This document shows positions 16,841-27,500 of a stretch of DNA of 64,000 nucleotides, piece after piece (the stretch's first letter is position 1; each line of letters begins with the position of its first letter). The notes beneath the pieces are model-generated. The model searched no databases, was not told the origin of the DNA, and worked only from the letters and a program-made list of their open reading frames with translations. Made by a program: the position numbers and the translations under genes. The stretch covers positions 11,181-75,180 of the forward strand of contig OY775914.1 in the NCBI GenBank assembly GCA_963675215.1. The letters are read 5' to 3'. The DNA is from Bacteroidales bacterium. GTDB taxonomy: Bacteria; Bacteroidota; Bacteroidia; Bacteroidales; GCA-2711565.

Positions 16841-16965
16841 GAGTGACTAAAGTACTTAAAGTATATATTTTTTCAACTCTTATCCATTTTTACTTTAAGC
16901 ACTCCTGCCTGCGGCAGGCAGGCCAAACTTTAGCTCACTTTAAATACTTTTTCACTTAAGTACTT
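16841..16965. repeat. Structured intergenic element: nested inverted repeats around a GC-rich hairpin
   Basis: A 9-bp GC stem, CCTGCCTGC-G-GCAGGCAGG, sits at 16904-16922. AGTACTTAAAGTA (16851-16863) faces TACTTTAAGCACT (16891-16903). GAGTGACTAAAGT (16841-16853) faces ACTTTAGCTCAC (16927-16938). This is the only long gap (161 nt) in the catabolic cluster. Confidence 0.45.
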
Positions 16966-18231
16966 TTATTTTTTGTTCTTCCCGATTAAATGACCTTTTG
17001 AAGCATAGTACAAAATAAATAAATAAGAAGGAATCAATATGAAATATGCTTTTTGTGACCCAACTGAAGGCATATCGGATAGTGATCCATAAATTAATGT
17101 TAGGATCGCACCTCCCGCAATTGCCATAATTAAAAAGGCTGAGCCGATTTTAGTATATTTCCCAAGTCCGGCTATTGCCAACGGCCAAATTGCAGGCCAC
17201 ATGATGGCATTGGCAAATCCTAATAAAGCGATCGAAGTTACCGAAACATACCCAGTTGTAAATATGGCAATGGTCGAAAATAGTACTCCAAGCATAGCCG
17301 AGTATTTTAAGGCATTTTCCTGTTTCAGATATTTAGGGATTAATACAATTCCCAGGATATAACCCAATACCATTCCCCCTAAAGTAAAAGAAGCAAAGAA
17401 TTTAGCCGTAGCAAATCCAAAACCAAGAAATGTTCCATAGCTGATTAAGGTATCAACCGCAATAACTTCTGCTCCCACGTATAAAAACAAAGCAAGTACT
17501 CCAAGCCATAAATAAGTATACTGAAATATATTTCCCTTGCGGCCTGATTCATCTGCGGCCCCTTCTTCCTCTTCATTAATATCTGGTAAAGCCATAAATT
17601 TTAACAGAATCGAGAGCACAACTAAAACAATCGCCATAATGATGTATGGAAGAATTACCCTACTAGCCAAAAGATCTAATTCGATGGCACGCTCGGCAAG
17701 TGTCATTGTTTGAAGGCTTTCAACCAAGCCATCTATTCCTTTTAAAACAATTACGCCTAAAATAAGCGGGCTTAAAATTCCTGCAACTTTATTGGCAATG
17801 CCCATGATGCTGATGCGTTTTGCAGCACTTTCGATGGGACCTAAGATGGTAACGTAAGGATTGGCAGCCGTTTGAAGAATTGACAAACCTGTTCCTTGAA
17901 TAAAAAGGCCTGTAAGAAACAACCCATAAGTTCTTGACATGGCCGCAGGAATAAAAACCAGAGATCCGATGGCCATCACAAATAAACCAAGTGACATTCC
18001 ATTTTTAAAGCCAATTTTCTTCAAAACCCAGGAGGATGGAAGTGCCATCACAAAATATGAAATATAAAAGGCAGAAGTCACCAGGTAAGCTTCTGCATCA
18101 GTACTTAACTCACAGGCAATTTTCAAATAAGGAATTAAGGTTGCATTAAGCCAGGTTACAAATCCAAAAATAAAGAACAAGGCCCCTATGATGGAAATCG
18201 ACATTAAGTAAGAATTCTTGTTTTGAGTCAT
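16966..18231 (-). CDS. MFS sugar transporter (glucose/galactose/GlcNAc-type, FucP family)
   Basis: 421 aa and polytopic, paralogous to the permease at 7114-8493 (FGFVTWLNATLIPYLK). Confidence 0.8.
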   Translation of the reverse strand: MTQNKNSYLMSISIIGALFFIFGFVTWLNATLIPYLKIACELSTDAEAYLVTSAFYISYFVMALPSSWVLKKIGFKNGMSLGLFVMAIGSLVFIPAAMSRTYGLFLTGLFIQGTGLSILQTAANPYVTILGPIESAAKRISIMGIANKVAGILSPLILGVIVLKGIDGLVESLQTMTLAERAIELDLLASRVILPYIIMAIVLVVLSILLKFMALPDINEEEEGAADESGRKGNIFQYTYLWLGVLALFLYVGAEVIAVDTLISYGTFLGFGFATAKFFASFTLGGMVLGYILGIVLIPKYLKQENALKYSAMLGVLFSTIAIFTTGYVSVTSIALLGFANAIMWPAIWPLAIAGLGKYTKIGSAFLIMAIAGGAILTLIYGSLSDMPSVGSQKAYFILIPSYLFILYYASKGHLIGKNKK

Positions 18232-18254
18232 ACAATTTTTATTAATGTTAGTTT

Positions 18255-20177
18255 TTATTTGTACAGATATCTTGCAAAAACTTCGATGGCCTGGTATTCT
18301 GCCATTCCAAGTTGATCATATATTTCCGCAGTTGCGTGATTTCGATCTTCGGCCCTTTTCCAAAACTCTCGGGTGTCGTGACCGGGATAAAGCGGTCGAT
18401 CTTTTTGCGATTGGTGCTTAAATATAGCTCTTCTTTTTAATACCACTTCATCGGGGCTTAATGGCACCGCCATATCTACCTGATCAATATCCCACTCTTG
18501 CCATGCACCCCTATAAAGCCAAACATAACAATCCTCCATCCATATTTCATTTTTCAATTGATCAATGGCTTGGGTGATCGCACTCATGCAAACCCTGTGT
18601 GTACCATGCGGATCTGACAAATCACCGGCAGCATAAATTTGATGTGGTTTTATTTTTTTTATAATGTCTATCACAAGTCTAATATCTTCATTTCCTAAAG
18701 GTTTCTTTTTCACCTTACCAGTTTCGTAAAATGGCATATCCAGAAAATGAATATTTGAATCCGGAATTTTAGTAAAACGACAAGCCGATCTGGCTTCACC
18801 TCTTCTAATCGAAGCCTTCACATCCTGAATTTCTTTTGAATCTACCTGACCAGGTGCTTTATTTAGGAGGAAATCTGCTGCCATCTTATATACCTGATCC
18901 GATTTACTTTCACTGACTTCAAATATTTTATCATAGTCGCGCACAAAATCCAGGTAACGAATGGCATCATCATCAAACACCGCTATCGATCCAGAAGTTT
19001 GATAAACCACGTGAACCTCGTTTCCCTGCTCAACCAAACGCGATAGAGTTCCCCCCATTGAAATCACATCATCATCAGGGTGCGGGCTAAAAACCAAAAC
19101 CCTTTTAGGAAATGGCTTTGCTCTTTCAGGCCGGTTTGAGTCGTCCGCATTGGGTTTACCACCCGGCCAACCTGTGATGGTATGTTGTAATTCATTAAAT
19201 ACCTTGATGTTAATGTTGTAGGCAGGCCCATTGAGGGTAACTAATTCACCCATTCCATTGTCGTTATAATCTCTATCGGTAAGTTTTAAAATAGGTTTAT
19301 CTACTTTTTGACAGAGCCATACCACTGCTTTACGAATTTGACTGTCTGTCCAATCATTTAAACCGACCAGCCAGGGAGTTTTAATTCGGGTAAGTTCAGC
19401 AGAAGCAGCGGCATCAAGAATAATCTGAGCATTGTTATGTTCCTGAAGAAAAGTTGCAGGAACCATATTGGTAATTTCACCTTCAACCGCTTTTGAAATA
19501 ATATCGGATTTGGCTTCACCCCATGCAAGCAATAATATTTTTTTAGCTTTCAGAATACTACCAACACCCATTGTAATGGCTGTTTTTGGCACATATTGCT
19601 CTCCATAAAAGTCCGAGGCTGCATCGGTTAAAGTAAGATGATCCAGCGTAATTCTTCGGGTCATCGAATTGATGGAAGAGCCCGGTTCATTAAACCCAAT
19701 ATGTCCGGTTCGCCCGATCCCTAATAATTGAATATCTATTCCTCCACAAGCATCAATATTATCTTCATAATTTTGACAATATTCAAAAACCTTATCTTCT
19801 GAAATAGACCCGTCCGGAATGTTAATGTTTTCAGGTTTTATATCTATATGATCAAAAAGATATTCATGCATAAAGCGAACATAACTCTGCAGAGCCATGG
19901 GATCCATAGGGTAATATTCATCCAAATTAAAGGTGATTACATTCTTAAAACTAATACCTTCCTCTTTATGCAACCTAACTAATTCATCATAAATCCCTAC
20001 AGGCGTCGATCCGGTGGCCAGACCCAAAACAACTGATTTTCCCGCTTTCTTCCTATCTGAAATTAAGTCTGCAATTTCTCGGGCAACACTAACAGAAGCT
20101 TGCTTTGCATTTTCGAAAACTGTGGTTGGAATTTTCTCAAATCGATAGATCAAACTTCCTTCCTTCACTTCTTTCAT
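18255..20177 (-). CDS. nagB: Long-form glucosamine-6-phosphate deaminase (NagB domain fused to an LmbE/PIG-L-like domain)
   Basis: 640 aa. The N-terminal part has NagB motifs (LGLATGSTPVGIY, GIGRTGHIGFNEPGS). The C-terminal part has the PIG-L motif (VFSPHPDDDVISMGG). Confidence 0.85.
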   Translation of the reverse strand: MKEVKEGSLIYRFEKIPTTVFENAKQASVSVAREIADLISDRKKAGKSVVLGLATGSTPVGIYDELVRLHKEEGISFKNVITFNLDEYYPMDPMALQSYVRFMHEYLFDHIDIKPENINIPDGSISEDKVFEYCQNYEDNIDACGGIDIQLLGIGRTGHIGFNEPGSSINSMTRRITLDHLTLTDAASDFYGEQYVPKTAITMGVGSILKAKKILLLAWGEAKSDIISKAVEGEITNMVPATFLQEHNNAQIILDAAASAELTRIKTPWLVGLNDWTDSQIRKAVVWLCQKVDKPILKLTDRDYNDNGMGELVTLNGPAYNINIKVFNELQHTITGWPGGKPNADDSNRPERAKPFPKRVLVFSPHPDDDVISMGGTLSRLVEQGNEVHVVYQTSGSIAVFDDDAIRYLDFVRDYDKIFEVSESKSDQVYKMAADFLLNKAPGQVDSKEIQDVKASIRRGEARSACRFTKIPDSNIHFLDMPFYETGKVKKKPLGNEDIRLVIDIIKKIKPHQIYAAGDLSDPHGTHRVCMSAITQAIDQLKNEIWMEDCYVWLYRGAWQEWDIDQVDMAVPLSPDEVVLKRRAIFKHQSQKDRPLYPGHDTREFWKRAEDRNHATAEIYDQLGMAEYQAIEVFARYLYK

Positions 20178-20209
20178 TTTAAAATTATTTGATGAAATCG
20201 TTTATAATT

Positions 20210-21838
20210 TTAGTTGTTATTGGTGTATTTTGAAATTAGTGTTTTCTTTAAGTTTTTATACATCTCAACGGTTTCATCAACTTTTTTAAATGAGTAGTCC
20301 GTTAAAAACTCTTTGGCTTTTTTGGGGTTTTTTTGATATAACTCTAACGCTTCTTTCTCAATTTGTTTCTGATTATCGAAAAAACTTTGTTCGAGTGGAT
20401 TTCTTACAGCCCATAAATCCTGAACTGCATCCTGCCATCTTAAACCCAATAAATTATCCACAAAATCAATGGCCCAACGCAATGATTTTCCGTCAAATTC
20501 ATTGGGATTGTATGTGTAAATGTATGATGATATTTCTGAGGCTCCGGCATAAATTGGAATGTAAGTGCTCACATATTGATTATCTACATAATACCAATAA
20601 ACACCTCCGATATCATTGGGTAACCAACTTCTCAATTGAGCCACCATGCCATAACCACCTTTTGAAACCATGCGGCGATAATTAATATTTAATAATTCGC
20701 GCTGCGCTTGAGTTGGAAATGGGGTTGCTAATGGGCTTTTTTCATATTTCCCATCTTTACCCGGAACCAACCAATTTTTATCATTGGTCATGTCGTAAAT
20801 GGTTCCTTCAAAAATTTCACGCTGAAAGGCAATCACATCCTGAACCCCTAATTTTTTTTCCGGTTTAACCGAAAACGGGAACATTGATAATGGCTCCAGG
20901 TATTGATGATAAGCATCGTTTCCGGCGTAGGGTGAATGGGCAGTTTTATCCGGCCAATCTTTCAAGTTTGGAGCATATTTAGAAAAGAACAACCAAAAAC
21001 GACTAACAGCCCATTCTCTGGGAACCGGCGAATAAATCTCCTGCCAAATAAATGGTTTTCCACTTTTGGGATCCCACCAACCATGATCAATGGCAACCTG
21101 TTGATAATTTTCAGAAGCCATAAACTCATCGGGTTTAGATAAGTCAATTTCTTTGATGATGCTCCAGTTGGGTACAATGGCAATGTGATCGTCGGGAACC
21201 CTCTGGGCTGCCCAAATTGCTCCTGCCTCTCCGCTTTCAGGATCCCAATCAGGTCCTACACTAAAAACTTCGAGCACCCATGCTTCATTCGGATCAGCAA
21301 TGCATAAAGCTTCTGATTCAGGACCGCAAGATGTTTGGAAACCATACTTTTCCATCAAAGTAGTGATCAGTTCGATGGCCTCTCTGGCCGTTTTACATCT
21401 TTGTAATGCAAAGGCCTGCGCTTGCTCGATGGTCATGATTTGTTTTCCTGTTTCAATGCTAACCTGCAATTCCTTTTTCTGACTCATTGTACTTTCAGCA
21501 ATGGCTAACTGATGCTCGTTCATGTGCGAATAACCGGAATGGAAATAAGTATAAGTTTCTGCCACCTGAGGGATATACCCAATAATTTTCCCATATTCGT
21601 GCAAAGGTTTATCCACATCTTGTAATCCATAATAAACGGCTGCCATTTCTCCGAGCTTAAACTTTTTCCCGTAAATTACATGTACCCGACATTCAGGCGC
21701 AGCTCCTGTATGAGAAGTAATTACCGATCCATCTATTGATGCTTTTTTCCCGACAATGATATCGGTACAGGCGTTAACATCAACTGAGCCTAACAAAAAG
21801 ATAGCCCAAAAAAGCGAAAATATTTTTATAGTTTTCAT
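20210..21838 (-). CDS. C69-family dipeptidase
   Basis: 542 aa. The signal peptide is followed by the nucleophile motif ACTDIIVGKKAS. Confidence 0.8.
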   Translation of the reverse strand: MKTIKIFSLFWAIFLLGSVDVNACTDIIVGKKASIDGSVITSHTGAAPECRVHVIYGKKFKLGEMAAVYYGLQDVDKPLHEYGKIIGYIPQVAETYTYFHSGYSHMNEHQLAIAESTMSQKKELQVSIETGKQIMTIEQAQAFALQRCKTAREAIELITTLMEKYGFQTSCGPESEALCIADPNEAWVLEVFSVGPDWDPESGEAGAIWAAQRVPDDHIAIVPNWSIIKEIDLSKPDEFMASENYQQVAIDHGWWDPKSGKPFIWQEIYSPVPREWAVSRFWLFFSKYAPNLKDWPDKTAHSPYAGNDAYHQYLEPLSMFPFSVKPEKKLGVQDVIAFQREIFEGTIYDMTNDKNWLVPGKDGKYEKSPLATPFPTQAQRELLNINYRRMVSKGGYGMVAQLRSWLPNDIGGVYWYYVDNQYVSTYIPIYAGASEISSYIYTYNPNEFDGKSLRWAIDFVDNLLGLRWQDAVQDLWAVRNPLEQSFFDNQKQIEKEALELYQKNPKKAKEFLTDYSFKKVDETVEMYKNLKKTLISKYTNNN

Positions 21839-21848
21839 GATTTATGTT

Positions 21849-23159
21849 TTATTTTCCTTCAGGAAATTCATAAGTGATATTAATATCGAGCCATTCTTCA
21901 AGCTTTCGAAACATTTCTTGTCTGATTTCTTTTGGGAAATGCCTTATTCGAGTTGAATGCGAGCCTCCGGGCAAAACATATTTTACGGCATTACATTCGC
22001 CAGTTAGCACAACCTGTTGTGATGCATAAGGATCAAATCCTCCATAAATGTACAGGAAGTTATCACCTTCGGTTTGAAGGTATTTATTCACCTTCTGCAT
22101 TAACTCGGGATGATAAGTTATTTCATAATTTTCGGGAAGTACGAAATCATAATTATGTTCTTTTACCACATCCAGCATTCCTTCAAACTCCGTTACATCA
22201 TAACCGTAATAACCAAAATCTCTCATGGCCTGAACCATGAAAGTATAACCTTCTTTGTTCTTTGGCTCGGTCAGATAACCGTATCCAACTACTTTTTCGA
22301 AGTGCTTGTAAAGAGAATCAATTCCAACGCTTACATCAGGAATCGAATTGCAATCAGCTCCCCACTGCCAAAAAGCAAACGGATATTCCAGCACCATATA
22401 TTCATAGCCAAATTCATAGCCCGGACGATAAGTATACGCTGCCTTCTTATTTCCGGCGATAAATTTAGGGAGTAATTCCTTTTTATTTTTAAGAAGCAAT
22501 ACCTGGAAATCATGAATGGCAGCTCTGCATTCAGGTGTTCCAACCGTATCGAAATAATGGTAAAACCTGGGGTCTGCTTTGTCAAACATTAAAGGGCCAA
22601 CATAAGGCACAGATGCATCCACATCATCCGGAAAAAAATACCGGTGATACATGGTGGTTTGCCCTCCTTTACTAATTCCTGTATTTACCCATTTTCCGGT
22701 AAAAAAAGGTTTCAAAAGTTCAACTACACGATGATGATCATTGGCAGCTTGCTCTATGGTTAGGTAATCATAATTTGTGCTATCAGGGAAAGAAGTCCCG
22801 AAGTATCGATGTTCTACAAAAATTTGATTGGCATCTAATATGCGGGTGATCTCCTCGATATAATTTGCACGCGTAGCCCGATTTGCATTATAACCTTCAG
22901 TCACAAATACCACAGGTTTTTCTTTACTATTTAAAGATAAAAAAACACGTTGCTTAAAAGTTTCGCTATCAGGATTTTTATGATCGAGTGGTTGGGTAAT
23001 TTCCAAATGATAAAACTCATTAAAGTTTTTACCTTTTTCTTTTTGCGAAATGGTCAAACCCGGAACAGTTTGCAGAAACTGCATCAAATCTGAATTTTGC
23101 GCAATGGCGATTTGACCGACAAAAATAAATAACAGACTTAGCTTTAATATTCTTTTCAT
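21849..23159 (-). CDS. Secreted alpha/beta-hydrolase serine peptidase (S28/S37-like aminopeptidase)
   Basis: 436 aa with a signal peptide. Motifs: VEHRYFGTSFP and the nucleophile elbow GISKGG. Confidence 0.6.
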   Translation of the reverse strand: MKRILKLSLLFIFVGQIAIAQNSDLMQFLQTVPGLTISQKEKGKNFNEFYHLEITQPLDHKNPDSETFKQRVFLSLNSKEKPVVFVTEGYNANRATRANYIEEITRILDANQIFVEHRYFGTSFPDSTNYDYLTIEQAANDHHRVVELLKPFFTGKWVNTGISKGGQTTMYHRYFFPDDVDASVPYVGPLMFDKADPRFYHYFDTVGTPECRAAIHDFQVLLLKNKKELLPKFIAGNKKAAYTYRPGYEFGYEYMVLEYPFAFWQWGADCNSIPDVSVGIDSLYKHFEKVVGYGYLTEPKNKEGYTFMVQAMRDFGYYGYDVTEFEGMLDVVKEHNYDFVLPENYEITYHPELMQKVNKYLQTEGDNFLYIYGGFDPYASQQVVLTGECNAVKYVLPGGSHSTRIRHFPKEIRQEMFRKLEEWLDINITYEFPEGK

Positions 23160-23176
23160 GCTTTTTTAATGTTTGA

Positions 23177-24205
23177 TTATCTAAAAATAAACCCTTTTAC
23201 AAGCGGGTCTTCCGGATCAAAATAAAACTTATGTTCTCCGGTAATATATGCTGTTCCACTAACCTCGGGGATTACGGCCGGATAGCCTCCGAATTCAGTT
23301 TCTTCCACCACTTTTACCTCAAAACAAGTATCTAAAATGCTTTCGATGCGAATCGATTCTCCTTTTTTAATTCCCTTTTCAAAATAATGAATGGCTGCCC
23401 TGGCACTTACTCCGGTTCCGGTTGGTGAGCGATCTACTTCACCCTCGGCAAACACACATACATTGCGACTATGGTTTTCAGAATTGTTTGCTTTTCCTGT
23501 AAAAATGGTTCCATACAAAAAGCTTAAATCTTCTTCGAAAGGATGTTTGATCTCGAAATTTTGCATTACCGCATTTTTAATGCGTTTTCCCCAATCAATG
23601 ATCTGATTATGGTCGGATGCTTGAAGTCCCAGGCCAATTTTATCGGCATCAACAAAAGCATAAAAGGCACCGCCATAAGCCACCTCAAATTTGATCTTGC
23701 CAATTCCATCAACTTCAATTTCCTTGTCCTTCAACAAAACAAAAGAGGGAACGTTTCGAAAAGAAACAGATTCAACTTTTCCTTGCTTTCTTTTAACAGT
23801 TGAAACTATTCTTCCGGCTGGAGCATCGATCTTTAATTCAAATTCATCTCCTTCTTTTTCAATCATTCCTGTTTCGGGAAGTATTTTTGAAAGGGCAATG
23901 ATGGCATGGCCACACATGGTACTGTAGCCTTCGTTATGAATAAAAAACACCCCGAAATCACCATCTGCTGTATTTGCAGGAATTAAAATGGCTCCATACA
24001 TATCGGCATGCCCACGCGGTTCAAACATGGTTGAGGTACGCAAATGATCGTAATTTTCTTTGAAATACCTTCTTCTTTCCAAAACCGTACTTCCTTTGAT
24101 TTCGGGAAGCCCGTTTTTAAAAATACGGAGGGGTTCTCCACCGGTATGCGCGTCAATGGTTTCAATACAAAGCCAATGATTTGGCGGTGTCCAATTTGTT
24201 TTCAT
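23177..24205 (-). CDS. Proline racemase superfamily enzyme, Cys/Thr type (probable trans-3-hydroxy-L-proline dehydratase)
   Basis: 342 aa. The first catalytic motif STMCGHA keeps its Cys. The second reads DRSPTGTGVSA, with Thr where racemases and epimerases have Cys. Confidence 0.75.
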   Translation of the reverse strand: MKTNWTPPNHWLCIETIDAHTGGEPLRIFKNGLPEIKGSTVLERRRYFKENYDHLRTSTMFEPRGHADMYGAILIPANTADGDFGVFFIHNEGYSTMCGHAIIALSKILPETGMIEKEGDEFELKIDAPAGRIVSTVKRKQGKVESVSFRNVPSFVLLKDKEIEVDGIGKIKFEVAYGGAFYAFVDADKIGLGLQASDHNQIIDWGKRIKNAVMQNFEIKHPFEEDLSFLYGTIFTGKANNSENHSRNVCVFAEGEVDRSPTGTGVSARAAIHYFEKGIKKGESIRIESILDTCFEVKVVEETEFGGYPAVIPEVSGTAYITGEHKFYFDPEDPLVKGFIFR

Positions 24206-24386
24206 ATTCGTTAAATATTTAGCACCTCAAATTAATGAAAAAGGGCGTAGAATTGCTAATAAAGGGAAGATATTATTTAATATGCTGATGGGTTGATGTG
24301 AAAACGTGCAAATATATTATTATGCTGATGAGCTATAAAAGAAAGACAACAAAAAGCCTAACGGATTATAGTCTCAAATTTTTAAC

Positions 24387-24480
24387 AAAAAAACCCTACG
24401 GAGTACGCAGGGTTAAAGTTCTTTATGAACTACGGCATATAGCCTTATTGTGATAAGATAATTTATGGATATATTATCTG
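24387..24480 (-). ncRNA. Predicted tracrRNA of the type II-C system
   Basis: The minus-strand RNA reads ..AUCCAUAAAUUAUCUUAUCACAAU-AAGGCUAUAUGCCG-UAGUUCAUAAAGAACUUUAA-CCCUGCGUACUCCGUAGGG-UUUUUUU. The anti-repeat (24447-24473) pairs with repeat positions 1-27 through 22 Watson-Crick pairs plus one G:U, with an internal 2-nt mismatch. An AAGGC nexus hairpin follows (24434-24446). A terminal hairpin (24394-24412) carries a G:U that works only in the minus-strand RNA, and is followed by U7. The 5' end is inferred from the promoter. Confidence 0.75.
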
Positions 24481-24484
24481 TTAA

Positions 24485-24515
24485 CAAATATAACATTTTT
24501 AGATATAAAAACAAA
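24485..24515 (-). promoter_or_regulatory. Bacteroidota-type promoter for the tracrRNA
   Basis: The minus strand reads TTTG (24515-24512), then 19 nt, then TATATTTG (24492-24485). This is an exact match to the TTTG-N19-21-TAnnTTTG consensus, placed a few nt upstream of the anti-repeat. Confidence 0.6.
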
Positions 24516-24596
24516 TGACTAACTTTAGGGTTTAGTTTTACTACTCCCTCAAAAACTAGAAATAAATTATTTTTCTACTTTAATCAAAATTTTCAT

Positions 24597-27500
24597 ATGG
24601 CTAGAATATTAGGACTTGACCTCGGTACCAATTCGATTGGCTGGGCATTAATTGACGATAAAGAAAATAAAATCATAAATACCGGGGTTAGGATTTTTCA
24701 GGAAGGAATAAACAGAGATACCAAAGGGGGTGAACTATCCAAAAACGAAACACGCCGTAATGCCAGGCAATTAAGAAAACAATACTTTAGAAGAAGCTTG
24801 CGAAAGAAATTATTGTTAAAAATTCTGAAAGAAAACCAAATGTGTCCAATTGAAGAGAATGACTTTTCAACTTGGATTAAAATGAATCCTTATAAATTAA
24901 GAGCACTAGCTATTCATTCTAAGTTAAGTCTTACTGAGATAGGTCGAATATTTTTCCATATCGCACAAAGAAGAGGATTCAAAAGTAGTAGAAAGTCAGG
25001 GAAAGAGGATGGTAAGATATATTCAGGCTTAAAAGAAAGTGGAACCATTGGAATTGACCAGACCCAAGAAAATATCGCAAAAGGTTATCACACTCTGGGT
25101 GAATATTTAGCATCTATCGATCCAAGTGAGGAAAGACTAAGAAATCGATATACAACTAGAAGAATGTATGAACAGGAGTTTGAGCTGATTTGGGATAAGC
25201 AAGCTCAATTTCATCCTAAAACTTTTACACATAGTTTAAAGGATAAACTTGGCTATGAAAAAGAAGGAATTATTTTTTATCAACGCAAACTTAAATCACA
25301 AAAAACAAATATTGGGAAATGTACGCTTGAACCAAATAAACACAGGTGCCCAATAAGTACTCCGGTTTATGAAGAGTTTAGGACTTGGCAATTTATTAAC
25401 ACCATTCAGTATGATCAAAAAAGGCTTAGTAATGATGAGCGAGAAGTAGCTTCTCAATTCTTTTTTAATAAGGCTTCATTCAAATTCTCTGAACTAAAGA
25501 AAAAATTAGGATTATCAGAATACAACTTCAATTATGATGATGATCAAAAAATACCGGGGACATCCACAATATCTACTTTTAGAAAACTATTTACGACTAA
25601 TATTTGGGAAGCAAAAACTGACAAAGAAAAAGATATTATTTGGCATATTTTTTTTAGTGCTGAAGACACTGATTGGCTAGAAGAGTATGCAAAAACAAAC
25701 TGGAATTTTGATCAAAAAACCAGTGCTAAGTTAAAAAACATCAACTTAAAACAAGACTATTCAAACCTCAGTCGTAAAGCCATAAACAATATTTTACCAT
25801 TCTTAAAAAAAGGTTATTTGTATAATGATGCAGTTGTTTTGGGTGGTATTAGAAATGCAATTGGAGGAGAAAAGTTTGATGCACTGGAAGAAACCGAATA
25901 TAACATGATCATCGACGGTTATTTTGCAGCCAAAAAGTTTAAAAACAAAGAAGGTGAATTAATTGAATTAGTTAAGAACTTTTTAATTGATCATTATCAT
26001 CTTAACGACAAAGCTTTAAAAAAATTATACCACCATAGTCAGGATACCGAATCAATGCTAGTTGTATCAAAACTTCCTGAACCAGAAAACCTAAGAAACC
26101 CCATTGCTCAGCAAGCCATTTTTGAATTAAGAACTTTAATTAACAAACTAATTGAAAATTACGGCAAACCGGATACCATCAACGTTGAAATGGCACGGGA
26201 TTTAAAATCATCAAAAAAACAAAGAGATGAATATCGATTTAACCAAAGAAGAAATCAAGAGAAAAATGATGAAGCAAGAGTAGAGGTAGAAAAGTTTGGC
26301 TTAAAACCATCACGAAATAACATACAAAAATACCTTTTATGGAAAGAATTAGAGGCAAAAAATGGAATTGCAGTTTGTCCTTATACAGGTAAGACGATCA
26401 ATGAGGAGGATGCGCTTGGCGAAAACAATAAATTCCAGATTGAGCATATAATCCCCTATAGTGTTTCACTTGACGACAGCTTTGCCAACAAAACTCTCTG
26501 CGATGCCAAAGAAAATCAGAAGAAGGGAGATAAAACCCCATATCAGTTTTATGGTGGTGATAAAAAAGATTGGCAGATGAGATCTGAAAGGGCTTTTAAA
26601 TTACTCCCTTATCATAAAGCGAAGAAGTTTGTTTCAACCAAAGAATTCCAGCTAGATGATTTTATACAACGACAGCTTAATGACACCAGAATAATAAGTA
26701 AAGCAGCCAAAGATTATTTAAAACAACTCGGAGTAAAAGTTTCAGTATTACCAGGACAATTAACATCCGAACTAAGAAGCAAATGGGGCTTAAACAATAT
26801 TCTGAATCCCGAAGAAGGGAAAAAAACACGCGATGATCACCGACACCATGCGATAGATGCCTTAACTGTTGCTGCAACTAAGCAATCATTTCTGCAAGAA
26901 ATGAGTAAGTGGAATAAATACAATAAATCATATGATTTAAAAGACTTCCCAAAACCCTGGAAATCATTTTTTGAAGATACGCAAACCTCCATAAACAATG
27001 TATTGGTATCATATCATAAACAACATAGAACCATTACAAAGGCAAATAAAACTATTAAAAAAGATGGGAAGAAATATAAATCAAGTGGAATATCAGCAAG
27101 AGGACAACTGCATAAAGAAACTGTATATGGCCAACACTTGAGTTCTAACGGAGAAAAATACTATCACGTCCGTAAGCCTTTAAATACCATTGATAATAAA
27201 GCCAAAGTAGATAAAATAGTTGACCCCATGGTTCGTTCAATCATCGAATCTTTTTTAAGAGGAAAAGGAATTAATGTTGATGAGAAATATAAGTTAGACA
27301 AAGACATTTTTTTCAAGATAAATGAAGATACAGGCCAAAAAGAAACCCTCATTTATCTACCAAACAAAAATGGAAGCCCAATTCCAGTTAAAAAAGTAAG
27401 GATAAAAGAATTTTCGACAGGAGCCGTAAAACTTAAAGACCATATTAACCAATGGGTAGAACCCGGAAATAACCACCACATTTCAATTTATAAAAATGGA

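Noticed and set aside
24321-24452. A 43-aa ORF (MLMSYKRKTTKSL...) and a 10-bp direct repeat TATGCTGATG at 24281-24290 and 24321-24330
   Set aside because: The ORF runs through the tracrRNA terminator and nexus and has no recognisable features. The direct repeat may be a regulatory site for the hydroxyproline enzyme gene, but two 10-mers are too little evidence for a call.
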